64,000 bases of DNA from an uncultured Verrucomicrobiae bacterium. GTDB lineage: Bacteria > Verrucomicrobiota > Verrucomicrobiia > Chthoniobacterales > Chthoniobacteraceae. This document shows, in pieces, positions 20,295-31,040 of the stretch. Numbering within the stretch: the stretch's first letter is position 1; each line of letters opens with the position of its first letter. Below the pieces are notes generated by a model, which was not told where the DNA came from, did no database searches, and worked only from the letters and a program-made list of their open reading frames with translations. The position numbers were made by a program, and so were the translations under genes. The stretch covers positions 1,184,001 to 1,248,000 of the forward strand of contig CAVYKI010000003.1 in NCBI GenBank assembly GCA_963769025.1. The letters are read 5' to 3'.

Positions 20295-20687
20295 TCAAAT
20301 CCCCAGCGAAGCGAGCAGGGCCTTGTCGATCTGGCCGGTGATCTCGAGGTTGTTTTCCTCTTGGTAGGCGCGGATCGCGGCCCTCGTCTTCGGTCCGATT
20401 TCGCCGTCCACCGAGCTGTCGTAATATCCAAGCGTCTTCAGTTTTCGCTGCACCTGCGCAGTGGTGGAATCGGCCTGAGAACGGACCACGCGCCTGCCGG
20501 GATACGGATACGGCAGCGGAGGAGGGAGGAGCGGAGGACGAGGGGGACGAGGAACAAATGGCCCGCCGGGGAAACCAGGGCCGCCAGGGCCGCCGGGGCC
20601 ACCGGGAGGCTGTGCAAACGAGAGGTCTGAGAGCGACACGGTCACGAGCAAGGTGGCGACCACGGAGATGGATGCGAATCGTTTCAT
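20295..20687 (-). CDS. Small secreted Pro/Gly-rich peptidoglycan-binding domain protein
   Basis: Signal peptide ending SFA-Q; PGG repeats; C-terminal VQRKLKTLGYY..VDGEIGPKTRAAIRAYQ...L.ITG.ID (PG_binding_1). Confidence 0.85.
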   Translation of the reverse strand: MKRFASISVVATLLVTVSLSDLSFAQPPGGPGGPGGPGFPGGPFVPRPPRPPLLPPPLPYPYPGRRVVRSQADSTTAQVQRKLKTLGYYDSSVDGEIGPKTRAAIRAYQEENNLEITGQIDKALLASLGI

Positions 20688-20987
20688 GACTCACCTTTAG
20701 ACGCTTTGCGATTGTGGTCAATTGCATTGGCTGCGCCCGGATCTGACAACCGCCGGGCACCTGCTGGCAGCGGAGCAGATTCCCGTGCCGACGTGGCGGA
20801 GCGTCCCCGCGGGAAGAACTTCCAACAGTCCGAGGACATCCATGAAGATCGTGGCAGGGGGCAATTGAATGTGATGCCGCATGAGCCCGAGGCCAGCCGT
20901 ACCGTGGTGAATCCGGGAAGGAAGAAAGTGCGCCGCGCGTCGGAAACCTTGCGGTCCCGCGCGTGAATCGGAAAAGTGAAGGCGGTC

Positions 20988-22433
20988 ATGAAACAAGTCC
21001 TCCCCATCTGCGCCGCCGTGTTGTTTGCCCCCTTGACCGCACTTTTCGCGACCGGGCACGGCGTGTGGCGGGACATTCCCGGCTCGGGGCAAACGCCCAC
21101 GGGACGCGTGCTTCTCTCGTGGTTCTCCAGCGGCGGCGATGAGTTGCAGGCTCGGAACACGATCCATTTTTGCGCCAGCGATGACGGAGCGAAGACGCTC
21201 GCGGAGCCTCGCACCAGCGATGAACCGCTTCACACGAAACTTGTCCCGCCCGGCTGGGATTCAGCGCTCGCCGGCGATGTTGTGATGGAGCGGCTCGTCA
21301 ATACTTCGGCTTCGCGGGTGAAGGGCGCACACGACGCGGAATTTGTCTGCGTCGGCGAGCGCGCCTACGTCGTGGCGGAGGCGAATGACGTGAAGGCGGG
21401 CGAGAGCGCGGGGTGGCCATTCATCTATGCCACGATGTCGGTGGTGAATCTGAAGACGCTCGCGGTGGAGAAGGTGATCGACTTTGCGCGCAGCGAGCAG
21501 CGGTTTGAAAACGAGACGCTGCCGGTCGGTGCGTGCTTCGTGCCGCGCATCATCCAGAAGGACGCGGAAACGCTGCGCTGCTACTTCACGAGCGAGGATC
21601 CGGGGAAGCGGCAGTCGCAGATGTGGTATCGCGACTTCGATCTGAAGTCGGGCGAGTTTGCGGCGACGATCTACAAGGCGAAGCTCAAGACCGCGGCGGG
21701 CACCTTCGATTTGCAGCCGCAGCATTTTCATGCGGATGCGGCGGCGCAGGGTTTCGCAAAACGCCGCGGTGGACTCTGTCGTTCTTCATCTTCGATTCGT
21801 TCAAGCGGTTCGATGGCCGGACGTACGTCGGCCTTGAACAATTTCTCCGGCAAGCAAAACGCGCTCGCGGTCGTGCATGACGACCTCGCGACGTTTGAGG
21901 TCATCGGCCACTACAACGAGCCGCAGTCCGAGCAACTCAGCGAGTCGGCGGTGAACCGTCTGCCCGACGGCACATGGATGGCGATCTGCCGCAATGACAA
22001 AGGCAACTATCACTTCACCACGAGCGCGGACGGCAGGACGTGGAGCGTGGGCAGGCAGATGCCGCATGTCCCGAACGGCGCCAACTCGAAGCCGACCTTC
22101 GACAAGTTCGGTGGCGTCTATTACCTCGGCTGGCAGGAGGCGACGCGCATCCAGAATGTGAGCCGCAGCGTGTTCAACATCGACATCTCGCGCGACGGCC
22201 AGACGTGGGAACGCAAGTATCGCTTCGAGTCACCGAAGTCGTTTCAGTATCCGACCTTCCACGAGCACGAGGGCGCGATCTGGCTCGCGGTGACGCAGGG
22301 CGACAGCGACACGAGCCGCAAGGAGCGCATCATGTTTGGCAAACTGGAGGACGTGGGCCACTTCGAGTCGCAGGCGGGAAAGACGCGCACGCCGCTGCCG
22401 CCGTCGCCAGCGGGCGCTCTGTCCCCGCTTTAA
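20988..22433 (+). CDS. Secreted BNR/Asp-box (sialidase-like) beta-propeller protein; compensating frameshifts near 21765-21835
   Basis: Signal peptide; Asp boxes SADGRTW and SRDGQTW; SESAV, FQYPTF; the alternative frame FIFDSFKRFDGRTYV bridges a garbled stretch. Confidence 0.7.
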   Translation: MKQVLPICAAVLFAPLTALFATGHGVWRDIPGSGQTPTGRVLLSWFSSGGDELQARNTIHFCASDDGAKTLAEPRTSDEPLHTKLVPPGWDSALAGDVVMERLVNTSASRVKGAHDAEFVCVGERAYVVAEANDVKAGESAGWPFIYATMSVVNLKTLAVEKVIDFARSEQRFENETLPVGACFVPRIIQKDAETLRCYFTSEDPGKRQSQMWYRDFDLKSGEFAATIYKAKLKTAAGTFDLQPQHFHADAAAQGFAKRRGGLCRSSSSIRSSGSMAGRTSALNNFSGKQNALAVVHDDLATFEVIGHYNEPQSEQLSESAVNRLPDGTWMAICRNDKGNYHFTTSADGRTWSVGRQMPHVPNGANSKPTFDKFGGVYYLGWQEATRIQNVSRSVFNIDISRDGQTWERKYRFESPKSFQYPTFHEHEGAIWLAVTQGDSDTSRKERIMFGKLEDVGHFESQAGKTRTPLPPSPAGALSPL

Positions 22434-22444
22434 TCCCACGACTG

Positions 22445-23395
22445 ATGCACCGCTTCCTCGCCTGGTTCAACAATCTCTACCCCGTGTGGCTGGTCGCCCT
22501 CGCGGTCATCGCGTTCTTTAAGCCGGAGACGATGCTGTGGTTCGACAAGCCGTGGATCTTCTGGTCGCTCGCGGCCTCGATGCTCGGCATGGGGCTCACG
22601 CTCAGTCTCGATGACTTCAAGTCCATCGGCCGCATGCCGGGAAGCGTGGCGCTGGGATTTGGCGCGCAATACACGCTCATGCCGCTGTGCGGCTGGATCG
22701 TCGCCACGGTGCTGCGGCTCGAGCCGGGACTGGCAGTCGGCATCATCCTCGTCGCGAGTTGCCCCGGCGGCATGGCGTCGAACATGATCAGCTATCTCGC
22801 CCGCGCAAACGTGGCGCTCTCCGTGGTGCTCACGCTGTGCTCCACGGTCATGGCCTTCGTCTTCACGCCGATGTGGACGGGTTTCCTCGCGGGCAAATAT
22901 GTGCCGGTGGACAAATGGGAGCTGTGCCTGTCGGCGCTGAAGCTCACCGTGGCCCCGGTCGTGCTTGGCGTGCTCATCCGCTGGAGGCTGCCGCGCACGG
23001 CGGATAAAATCGGCGCCTGCGGTCCGACGATCGCCGTGTTGGCATTCACGCTTGTGAGCGGCGGCATCGTGGCGGCAAGTGCGGACGCCATCGCGTCGAG
23101 CTTCGGCACACTCGCGCTCGCCGCCTTCCTGCTGCACGTCATCGGCTTCAGCGTCGGCTACGCAGTCACAAAGGTACTTCGCTACCCCGAGACCGTGGCC
23201 CGCACCGTGAGCATCGAGGTGGGCATGCAAAACGGCGGCATGGCCGCGGCGCTCGCCCGGCAGCATTTTGCCGCGATGCCGCTCGCGGCCGCGGCCTCGG
23301 TGTTCAGCGGCGTGATGCAAAACATTCTCGGCGGCCTGCTCGCCTCGTGGTGGAAGTCGCGCCTTCCCGCGGAAGGCAATCCGAAAGTGCGATGA
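22445..23395 (+). CDS. Bile acid:sodium symporter (BASS) family transporter
   Basis: MLGMGLTL, AQYTLMP, GIILVASCPGGMASNMISYLARANVALSV, RTVSIEVGMQNGG. Confidence 0.92.
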   Translation: MHRFLAWFNNLYPVWLVALAVIAFFKPETMLWFDKPWIFWSLAASMLGMGLTLSLDDFKSIGRMPGSVALGFGAQYTLMPLCGWIVATVLRLEPGLAVGIILVASCPGGMASNMISYLARANVALSVVLTLCSTVMAFVFTPMWTGFLAGKYVPVDKWELCLSALKLTVAPVVLGVLIRWRLPRTADKIGACGPTIAVLAFTLVSGGIVAASADAIASSFGTLALAAFLLHVIGFSVGYAVTKVLRYPETVARTVSIEVGMQNGGMAAALARQHFAAMPLAAAASVFSGVMQNILGGLLASWWKSRLPAEGNPKVR

Positions 23396-24518
23396 GCCGG
23401 CACGACATCCACTACTGGAAATGCGATCGCCCTGCCGCGTTTCACGGCACGCATGAGCGCGGTGCGGCGGATGCGGAAATCGAGCGGCAGCTTCGCGAGA
23501 CATTGCAGAATCATTTCGCCGCGAAGCACGTCGAGCTGAGCCCCGGCGCGGGTCAGGGAAATCATCTCACCTGGAATGCCGATATGGACGGCGTGGCGAT
23601 GTTCGTGCGCGTGGAGAATGGGCCGGAGCAGGATGATCATCTGGAAATGGAATCGGCTGTGCTCGATCGGGTCCGCGCCACCGGCGTGCCGACGCCGAAG
23701 TTTCATGGCGGTGGATGCGAGCCGGACAAAGGTGTCCTTCGCGTGGCAGGCGATGGAGCGCGTGAATTTCCCAGATCTGAATCACTGGCACAAGCAGGGC
23801 ACACTCGATCAGCCGCGCATCGCCTTCGACATCGGTGCAGCCGTGGCGCGCTGGCAGTCCATCGAGCCGCTCGGATTCGGGCCGTTCGACCTCGCGCGCT
23901 GGCGTAGGGCGGACACTCCTGTCCGCCACACCGGCCGGCCGACGGAGTGTCTGCCCGCTCACGGGCTACCACGCACGCTACGAAGACTACTTTCATCTCC
24001 GCCTCGCGCGGCATCTCGGTTTTCTCGTCGAGAGGAACTTCCTGAGCGCCGAACAGCGCACCGAGATCGAGCAAGCCATCGCCGCGCATCGCGCGCTGCT
24101 TCAGCTCGAGCAAGGCTGCCTCGTCCACAAGGATCTCGCTCTTTGGAACATCCTCGGCAGCGAGAACCGCATCGCCGCGTTCATTGATTTCGACGACGCG
24201 ATCTCCGGCGACGCGATGGACGATCTCTCGCTGCTCGCCTGTTTCCACGACGCGCCATTTCTCACGCGCGCCTTCGAGGGCTATCAAAGCGTCCGTCCGC
24301 TCCCCGACGAGCATCGCCGCCGCTTCTGGCTGCATCTGCTGCGCAACATGATCGTGAAGGCCGTCATCCGCGTTGGCGCGGGATACTTCGATCGCGGCGA
24401 CGGCTTCTTCCTCATCGGCTCCGGCAGCAGCGGCGCGGACTTGAAACGCACCACGCACGCGCGAATCGCGCTCGCACTCCGCGGCCTCGCAGCCAACGCT
24501 GACCTCTCCATCCTATGA
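23392..24518 (+). CDS. Aminoglycoside/choline phosphotransferase-like (APH family) kinase; frameshifts near 23710 and 23895
   Basis: GQGNH loop, GVPTPK, catalytic LVHKDLALWNIL and FIDFDDAISGD; ATGA overlaps with the genes on both sides. Confidence 0.8.
23904..23956. repeat. GTAG REP doublet inside the kinase CDS
   Basis: GTAGGGCGGACACTCCTGTCCGCC (23904-23927, internal stem GGCGGACA/TGTCCGCC) followed by the inverted degenerate copy GGCCGACGGAGTGTCTGCCC (23937-23956). Confidence 0.8.
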
Positions 24519-25240
24519 ACGCCACACCAGCAAGCCTCGGCACCTGGCTCTCCATCGGTTCGCCCGTCGTCGCGGAACTCGCGGCGCTGTCCGGCTTCGA
24601 CTGGGTGCTGTTCGATCTGGAGCACGGCAACGAATCGGAAGCCGCGCTGCCGAATCAGCTCCGCGCGCTTCGCGGCAGCCGCACGCGCGGCATCGTCCGG
24701 GTCGGCGCACCGCACGCGGATCTCATCGCGCGGGTGCTCGATTGGGGCGCGCACGGCATCATGGTGCCGCATGTGAATTCCGCTGCCGAGGCCGCGCGCG
24801 TCGTGCAGTCCGCGCACTACGCGCCGCGCGGCCAGCGCGGGCTTTCGCGCAGCGTCCGCGCGTATGACTACGGGCTGAATCCGCCGGGCGACGCGATGCC
24901 CGTGCCGCTCATCATGGCGCAGATCGAAACCGCCGAGGCCGTGACACGCGCCGCGGAGATCGCGCGCGTGGATGGCATCGATGTGCTGTTCGTCGGTCCG
25001 TCCGACTTGCAGTTCGATCTGAAACACCACGCCGAGTCTCCGGCGGGAGACTTCGCGCAATGCCTGCGCACCGTCGTCGCCGCTGCGAAGGACGCCGGGA
25101 AAGCCGCCGGCATTCTCGTGCGCGACGTGGCGGATCTTCAGCCGCACCACGATCTCGGTTTCACCCACATCGCGGTGGATGTGGACATCGCCATTCTGCG
25201 CAAAGCCTACGCGCAAATCCTTTCCAAACTCCCTCGGTAA
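24515..25240 (+). CDS. HpcH/HpaI class II pyruvate aldolase family protein
   Basis: GFDWVLFDLEHG, IVRV, LDWGAHGIMVPHV, YAPRGQRG, QIET, DVLFVGPSDL. Confidence 0.9.
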   Translation: MNATPASLGTWLSIGSPVVAELAALSGFDWVLFDLEHGNESEAALPNQLRALRGSRTRGIVRVGAPHADLIARVLDWGAHGIMVPHVNSAAEAARVVQSAHYAPRGQRGLSRSVRAYDYGLNPPGDAMPVPLIMAQIETAEAVTRAAEIARVDGIDVLFVGPSDLQFDLKHHAESPAGDFAQCLRTVVAAAKDAGKAAGILVRDVADLQPHHDLGFTHIAVDVDIAILRKAYAQILSKLPR

Positions 25241-25243
25241 ATC

Positions 25244-27583
25244 ATGAAACACGCACTCCTCATCCTCACCCTCATCGGCCTTCACGCCGTCGCCCAGGAC
25301 AAGGCCATGCTCGACCTCTCGCTCGAGCCGCCGGTCATCAACACCAAGCCCGGCCCCGAGTACGACGACCAGGTCCGCCCCGGCAACATGATCATCGGCA
25401 TCGACCGCACGCCGAAGGGCCGGCTGTGGGCCGCTGGGTCGGCAATGGCGACTAGCCCGAATGGCTTCTTCATGCTCGCGACCAGCGATGACGACGGCAA
25501 GACGTGGTCGAAGCCGCGCGTCGTGATCGATCCCCAGGATGGGGAACTCAACGGCGTGCGCTACGAGCGTCGCGCGCTCGTCGGCAATCTCTGGACCGAT
25601 CCGCTCGGCCGGCTGTGGTGCTTCTTCGATCAGAGCCTCGGCTACTTCGATGGCCGCTGCGGCGACTGGTACATCCGCTGCGACGATCCCGATGCCGCCG
25701 AGCCGATGTGGACGAAGCCCGTGCGCTTCGCCGACGGCTGCACGCTGAACAAGCCGACCGTGCTCAGCAATGGCGACTGGCTGCTGCCGGTCTCGCTCTG
25801 GACGCGCGACCGCATCGCCGGCCCCGGCACGGACAAGGAGGCGCACCAGGATCTCGACGCGATCCGCATGGCGAATGTCTTCGCCTCCACCGATCAGGGC
25901 AAGACGTGGACGCGCCGCGGCGGCGTGGCGTTTCCCGAGACGGACTTCGACGAGCACATGATCGTCGAGCGCAAGGACGGCAGCCTGTGGATGCTCGCGC
26001 GCACGAAGGACGGCATCAGCGAAAGCACCTCGACCGACAAGGGCGCGACGTGGAGCGAGCCGCAGCCGTCGGCGATCCAGAATCCGAGCGCGCGCTTCTT
26101 CATCCGCCGTCTCGCCATCGGCAAACTGCTGCTCGTGAAGAATGGCCCGATCAATGTGCGCCTGCCGCGCCGCTCGAACCTGAAGGCCTTCCTCTCCGAC
26201 GACGACGGCAAGACCTGGGGCAAGGGCTTGCTCATCGATGATCGCGCGGAGGTCTCTTATCCCGACGGCTTCCAGGCGCCCGACGGCACCATCCACATCC
26301 TCTATGACTGGAACCGCCACACCGACGCGGAGATCCTGCACGTGAAATTCACCGAGGAGGACATGCTCAAGCAGGCGGAGTCGGAAAGCTCACGATGGAC
26401 CCGAGGAGATCAAACGCCGGGCGAAGGTCGGGAAGATGCTCGTGAACAAGGCCTACGCGCCGCATCTGCCGAAATCCATCACGCCCGATCCGAAGTGGAC
26501 CGCGCAGGCCGCCGAGGACGCGAAGCAGGATTTCAAGAGCATCCCCTACGACGGCGTGACGCCGAACAAGATGGTCTGCGACACCACGCTGCGCGAACTG
26601 CCCGACGGCTCGTGGATTCTCTTCATCCTCGCCGGCGGCGACACCGAGCCTTCGCCGCTGAACTACACCGGCGTCACGCGCAGCACCGACAAGGGCAAGA
26701 CGTGGACGCCGCTGGAGCGCTTCGATGTCGGCTTCCCGCGCGAAGGCAAGACGATCGGCCAGGGTCCGACGGAACTGATGATCCTCGGCCAGCGCAGCAC
26801 GCTCTTCTTCTCCACGCACTCGAAGCACTGGGCGAACGACTGGCGCTCGTGGTTTCTGACCAGCGACGATTCCTTCAAGACCTGGAGCAAGCCGCAGGAA
26901 GTGCCGGGCCGGCTGAAGGAGCGCACCTTCATCCGCAAGCACATCGTCACGCAAGGACGGCCGCATCATGATTCCGTTCCAGCATTACATCGGCCCCGAC
27001 GATGAGCAGGACAAGGCGCCGCTCGACCGCGCCTTCACCAATCCGCGCAACGGCGTGCTCATCAGCAGCGACGGCGGCAAGACGTGGAGCGAGCACGGCA
27101 ACATCCGCCTCACGCCGAACAGCCGCTACTTCGGCTGGGCGGAGAACGATCTCTTCGAGCATCCCGACGGCCGCATCACGATGATCATCCGCGCCGACGG
27201 CCTCGGCGGCATGCTCTACAAAGCCGGAGTCGAAGGACGGCGGCAAGACGTGGCCCGAGTTCGCCAGCCTCACGCCGATCCCGAATCCCGGCAGCAAGAC
27301 CACGCTCTACACTCTCGGCGGCGACACCGTCGCGATCCTGCACAATCCGAACAGCAAGCACCGCAGCCCGATGGCGCTGTGGATCAGCTTCGACGGCATG
27401 AAGACCTGGCCCTACCAGCGCGTGCTCCAGCAGGAGTCCGTCGATGGCCCGAAGGGCCGCATGAACTACCCCGACGGCTTCGTGAGCAAGGACAAGCAGT
27501 GGCTGCACTTCGCCTTCGACGACAACCGCCACCGCGCCGTGCACTACTCCGCGAAGCTGCCTCCCATTCCTCCGCAAAAGTAG
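25244..27583 (+). CDS. Secreted two-domain exo-alpha-sialidase-like (BNR/Asp-box) protein; several frameshifts
   Basis: Signal peptide; repeated Asp boxes [48 protein letters not shown]; each half ends with a YPDG motif. Confidence 0.82.
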
Positions 27584-27756
27584 CGCACCGCGCTGCGAAT
27601 CCCTCCCAGCTGCCCAACGTCGCTCCGCAAGCGAACGCCACGCGAAGCCCTTCTTCCGATCCCGATGCGCGCGACATTTCTTGCTCATTGATTCCAAGCT
27701 GCGGGGTTCCCTGTTCGTCCACGTTGGCCGCAACAGGTTCGCCCTTTCCCATGATC

Positions 27757-30718
27757 ATGAAACACCTCCTGCTCCTCCCATGCATCCTCGCCGGCTTCGG
27801 TGCGCCTTCCTCGGCAGCCGAGTCATTCATCGTCCAGGACGGACGGCCCCGCGCTGAGATCGTGATCGCGGAGAAACCGCAGCGCACGGTGCGGGTCGCG
27901 GCGCAGGACTTGCAGACCTACGTGGAGAAAATCTCGGGTGCAAAACTGCCGATCGTCACGCAGCCGGGCGGCACGATGCCGGTGAAGTTGTACGTCGGGC
28001 GCAGCGCGGACACCGACCGGCTGAAGGTCACTGCCGATGGACTGAAGGACGGCGCGTATCGCATCGCGACGGGCGCGGACTGGATGGTGCTGATCGGCGA
28101 CGACACTGAGTTCACACCCATCGAGCCTTTTGCGAAGAACAACGGCGACATCCCGCGGGCGCAGGCGGAGTGGGAAAAGCTCACGAATTCGCATTGGGGC
28201 ATGCCGGGCCCGGGCTTGTACAAGAACCGGCTCAGGCTGCCCGGCGACACCGGCAAGCCGGACGGCGCCACCACCGCGAAAGGCGAATCGCTCGAAATCT
28301 GGGGACTCGATGAGCGCGGCAGCTTCAACGCGGTGTCCGGCTTCCTGCACAGGCTCGGCGCGCGCTGGTATCTGCCGGGTGAAATCGGCGAGGTGCTGCC
28401 GTCGTTGAAGACGATCCCGCTGCCGAAGCTCGACGAGACGGTGCGCCCGGACTTCGCGCTGCGGCAGTTTAATTTCCGCTTCAGCACCGCCGGTCCCGAG
28501 ACGGCGATGTGGGTGATGCGCCTCGGCACGCGCAACGACGAGAGATTGCAGATCGCGCACGGCATGGCGGGGATGACGGGCAACGATGCGATCTTCGCCG
28601 CGCATCCGGAGTGGTTCGCGCTCTACGGCGGCAAGCGCGACTACAAGCCCGGCTACAGCAAGAACCAGCTCTGCTATTCGAATGAGGAACTCTTCCGCGA
28701 GACGGTGCGCTGCGCGCGCGCGCAGTTCGACATCTACAAGTTTGAAAGCGTCTCCATCATGCCGCCGGACGGCTACACCGCGATCTGCCAGTGCGAGAAA
28801 TGCAAGGGCAAGGACTCGCCCGAGCGCAACGAGCGCGGGCTGCTCTCCGACTATGTGTGGGACTTCGTCAATCGCGTGGCGAAGGAGGTCGCGAAGACGC
28901 ATCCGCACGCGAAGGTGCTGAACTGCGCGTATGGCGTCTACACGCTGCCGCCGCTGAAGATCGAAAAGCTGGAGCCGAACGTGCTCGTCTGCATCGTCGG
29001 CGGACGGCGTCCCATCAACAAAGGTGGCGGCAAGGGCGAAGGCGAATCCGCCCCCGAAGCTCTCCGCGCCGCGTGGGCGAAGAAGACCGACAATCCGCTC
29101 CTCATCTTCGAGAACTATCCGTTCACCGATCGCGGCTGGTATCTGCCGTCCTTCGCGCCGCACGCGCTCGGCGAGACAGTGAACGCCACCAAGGGCATGT
29201 CGCAGGGCGAGGACATCTGGCTGAGCGTGGGCAGCGACTTTGAAAAGGCCGGCATCGGCTTCAATCACTTCCTGGTCTATTTCACCGCGCGCATGTACTG
29301 GGGCGGGAAGAACGCGGATGTGGATGCGATGTTCCGCGAGTACTGCCGGCTCTTCTACGGTCCCGCCGAGCGAGGAGATGCGCGCCTTCTTCACCTACTG
29401 CGAGCAGAACTGGAGGCGATGGAGACGGACAAGGCGAAGGCCGATGCCGCGCTCGCGCTCTTTGCCAAGGCGCAGTCCAAAGACCGATGCCGCGAGCATC
29501 TACGGCAGGCGGCTCGGCTTGATGGACGACTTCCTGAAAGGCCTGCGCATGAAGACGCAGCAGCTCGGGCAAAAGCGCGGCCCGGTGCCATTCGTGCGCC
29601 TCGTCGGCGACGCAAAGGACATCGTGATCGACGGCAAACTCGACGACGACTATTGGCAGAAGTGCCCCACCGCCGCGACGGGCCGCCTGCGCGAATTGCA
29701 AACCGGCCGCCAGCCGATCTTCGGCACCTCGTTCAAAGCCGGCTGGCAGGGAAACAGCGTCTTCTTCGCCATTCGCTGCGACGAACGCCCCGGCGAAAAG
29801 CCCGTCAACACCGCCACGCGAAATGACGACCAGGCGCTGTGGTATGGCGACGCCGTCGAGATCGAGATCGCGACGGAGACGCACTCGTATTACCAGATCG
29901 CGATCAGCCCCTCGGGCGCAGTCGTCGATCTGGATCGCGGCGCGCCGAAGGGCCAGTGGTTCGCCTGGGATTCGAAGGCGGAGGTCGCCACGCACATCGC
30001 CGACGATCACTGGACGATCGAGATCCGCATCCCGGTCACGCAGGATGAAAACGATCCGCTGCATCAGGTCATCGGCCGCAAGCCCACGCAGAGCCTGCCC
30101 TGGCACATCAACATCTGCCGCCAGCGCATCCGCGAAGACGGCACGGAACTCAGCGCGCTCTCGCCCACCGGCACCGAAGGCTTCCACGAGCCGATGAAGT
30201 TCGCGCATTTCTACGACGGCAGATCGCATCAGTTCGAGGCCGATCCGAGCGTCACGGATTTTGTCATCGCCCTGCGCGAAGCCGGCAAGCTGCGCAAGCC
30301 CGCCGAAGCGCTCCCCGCCTACCTCGCGCTGGCCGAAGGCAAGCTCACCGACTTCCAAAAATCAGCCGCTCTCGAACAGGCCGCCGCCGCCGCCTCCGCG
30401 TTGAAGGACTACGCGCAAGCGGACGCGCTCGCCGCGCGCATCCCGATCGCGGCGGTGCAAAAAACCGTGCGGATGCAGAACCTCCTCGCGCAGTCGAAGG
30501 CTCCGGAAGTCGTCGCGCAGTTTGCCGGGGAGGACATCGCCAAATGGCCTTTCTGGAAGCGCGGCGATGGCTATTTTGCGAGAGGTCGCGCGTTTGGCAT
30601 CACGAAGGACACCCAGCAGGCCGAAGCCGATCTCGCCCACGCCCTCGAATGGCTCACCGATGCGCGCACGCGCAAGGCCGCGGAGCAGAGCATCGAGTCC
30701 CTCAAATCGCCGAAATGA
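27757..30718 (+). CDS. DUF4838 domain protein with a C-terminal CBM9-like sugar-binding domain; frameshifts near 29370-29480
   Basis: Signal peptide; AAQDLQTYVEKISGAKLPI, HPEWFAL, QLCYSN, CQCEKC, FVNRVAKEV; then IDGKLDD..W, WYGDAVEI, WTIEIRIP. Confidence 0.8.
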
Positions 30719-30804
30719 CGACGGAGCGCTTCATCTTTCCGCCGCCCCGTTAGAAAGTTGCCGGGCAACTCCTCCCCGCTGAATCAATCCTCCAACCAGA
30801 ACCC

Positions 30805-30993
30805 ATGATGATGAAACCCACCGCGCCATTCTCCGTCGCCACCCTCGTCCTGTGCTTGCCAGCGCTGCTTGCGTCCCCGCTCCTTGCGGCGGGAGACGAT
30901 GGCAAGCTGCGCATCATCGTCTTCGGCGCGCATCCCGATGATGCGCAATACAAGGCCGGCGGCACCGCGGCAAATTGGACGAAGCTCGCCTGA
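30805..30993 (+). pseudogene. Truncated PIG-L family deacetylase remnant
   Basis: Signal peptide plus KLRIIVFGAHPDDAQYKAGGTAA (PIG-L zinc-binding AHPDD motif), stops at 62 aa; the next gene starts 48 nt later. Confidence 0.75.
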
Positions 30994-31040
30994 TCCACCG
31001 GTCAGTCCCCGAGCGCACCCTGCCTCCCTCCCACTATACC

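Noticed and set aside
23392..24518. APH-family gene as an antibiotic resistance determinant
   Set aside because: Coupled to a symporter and an aldolase in a catabolic operon with no mobile context; the fold alone does not imply resistance
27580..27740. GTAG hairpin and weak palindromes after the sialidase gene; similar at 5769 and 59720-59745
   Set aside because: Too short or degenerate to distinguish from chance hairpins in GC-rich DNA
26968..29826. 952-aa ORF joining a sialidase fragment to DUF4838
   Set aside because: Frameshift artefact reading through the 27583-27757 intergenic region; DUF4838 has its own signal peptide
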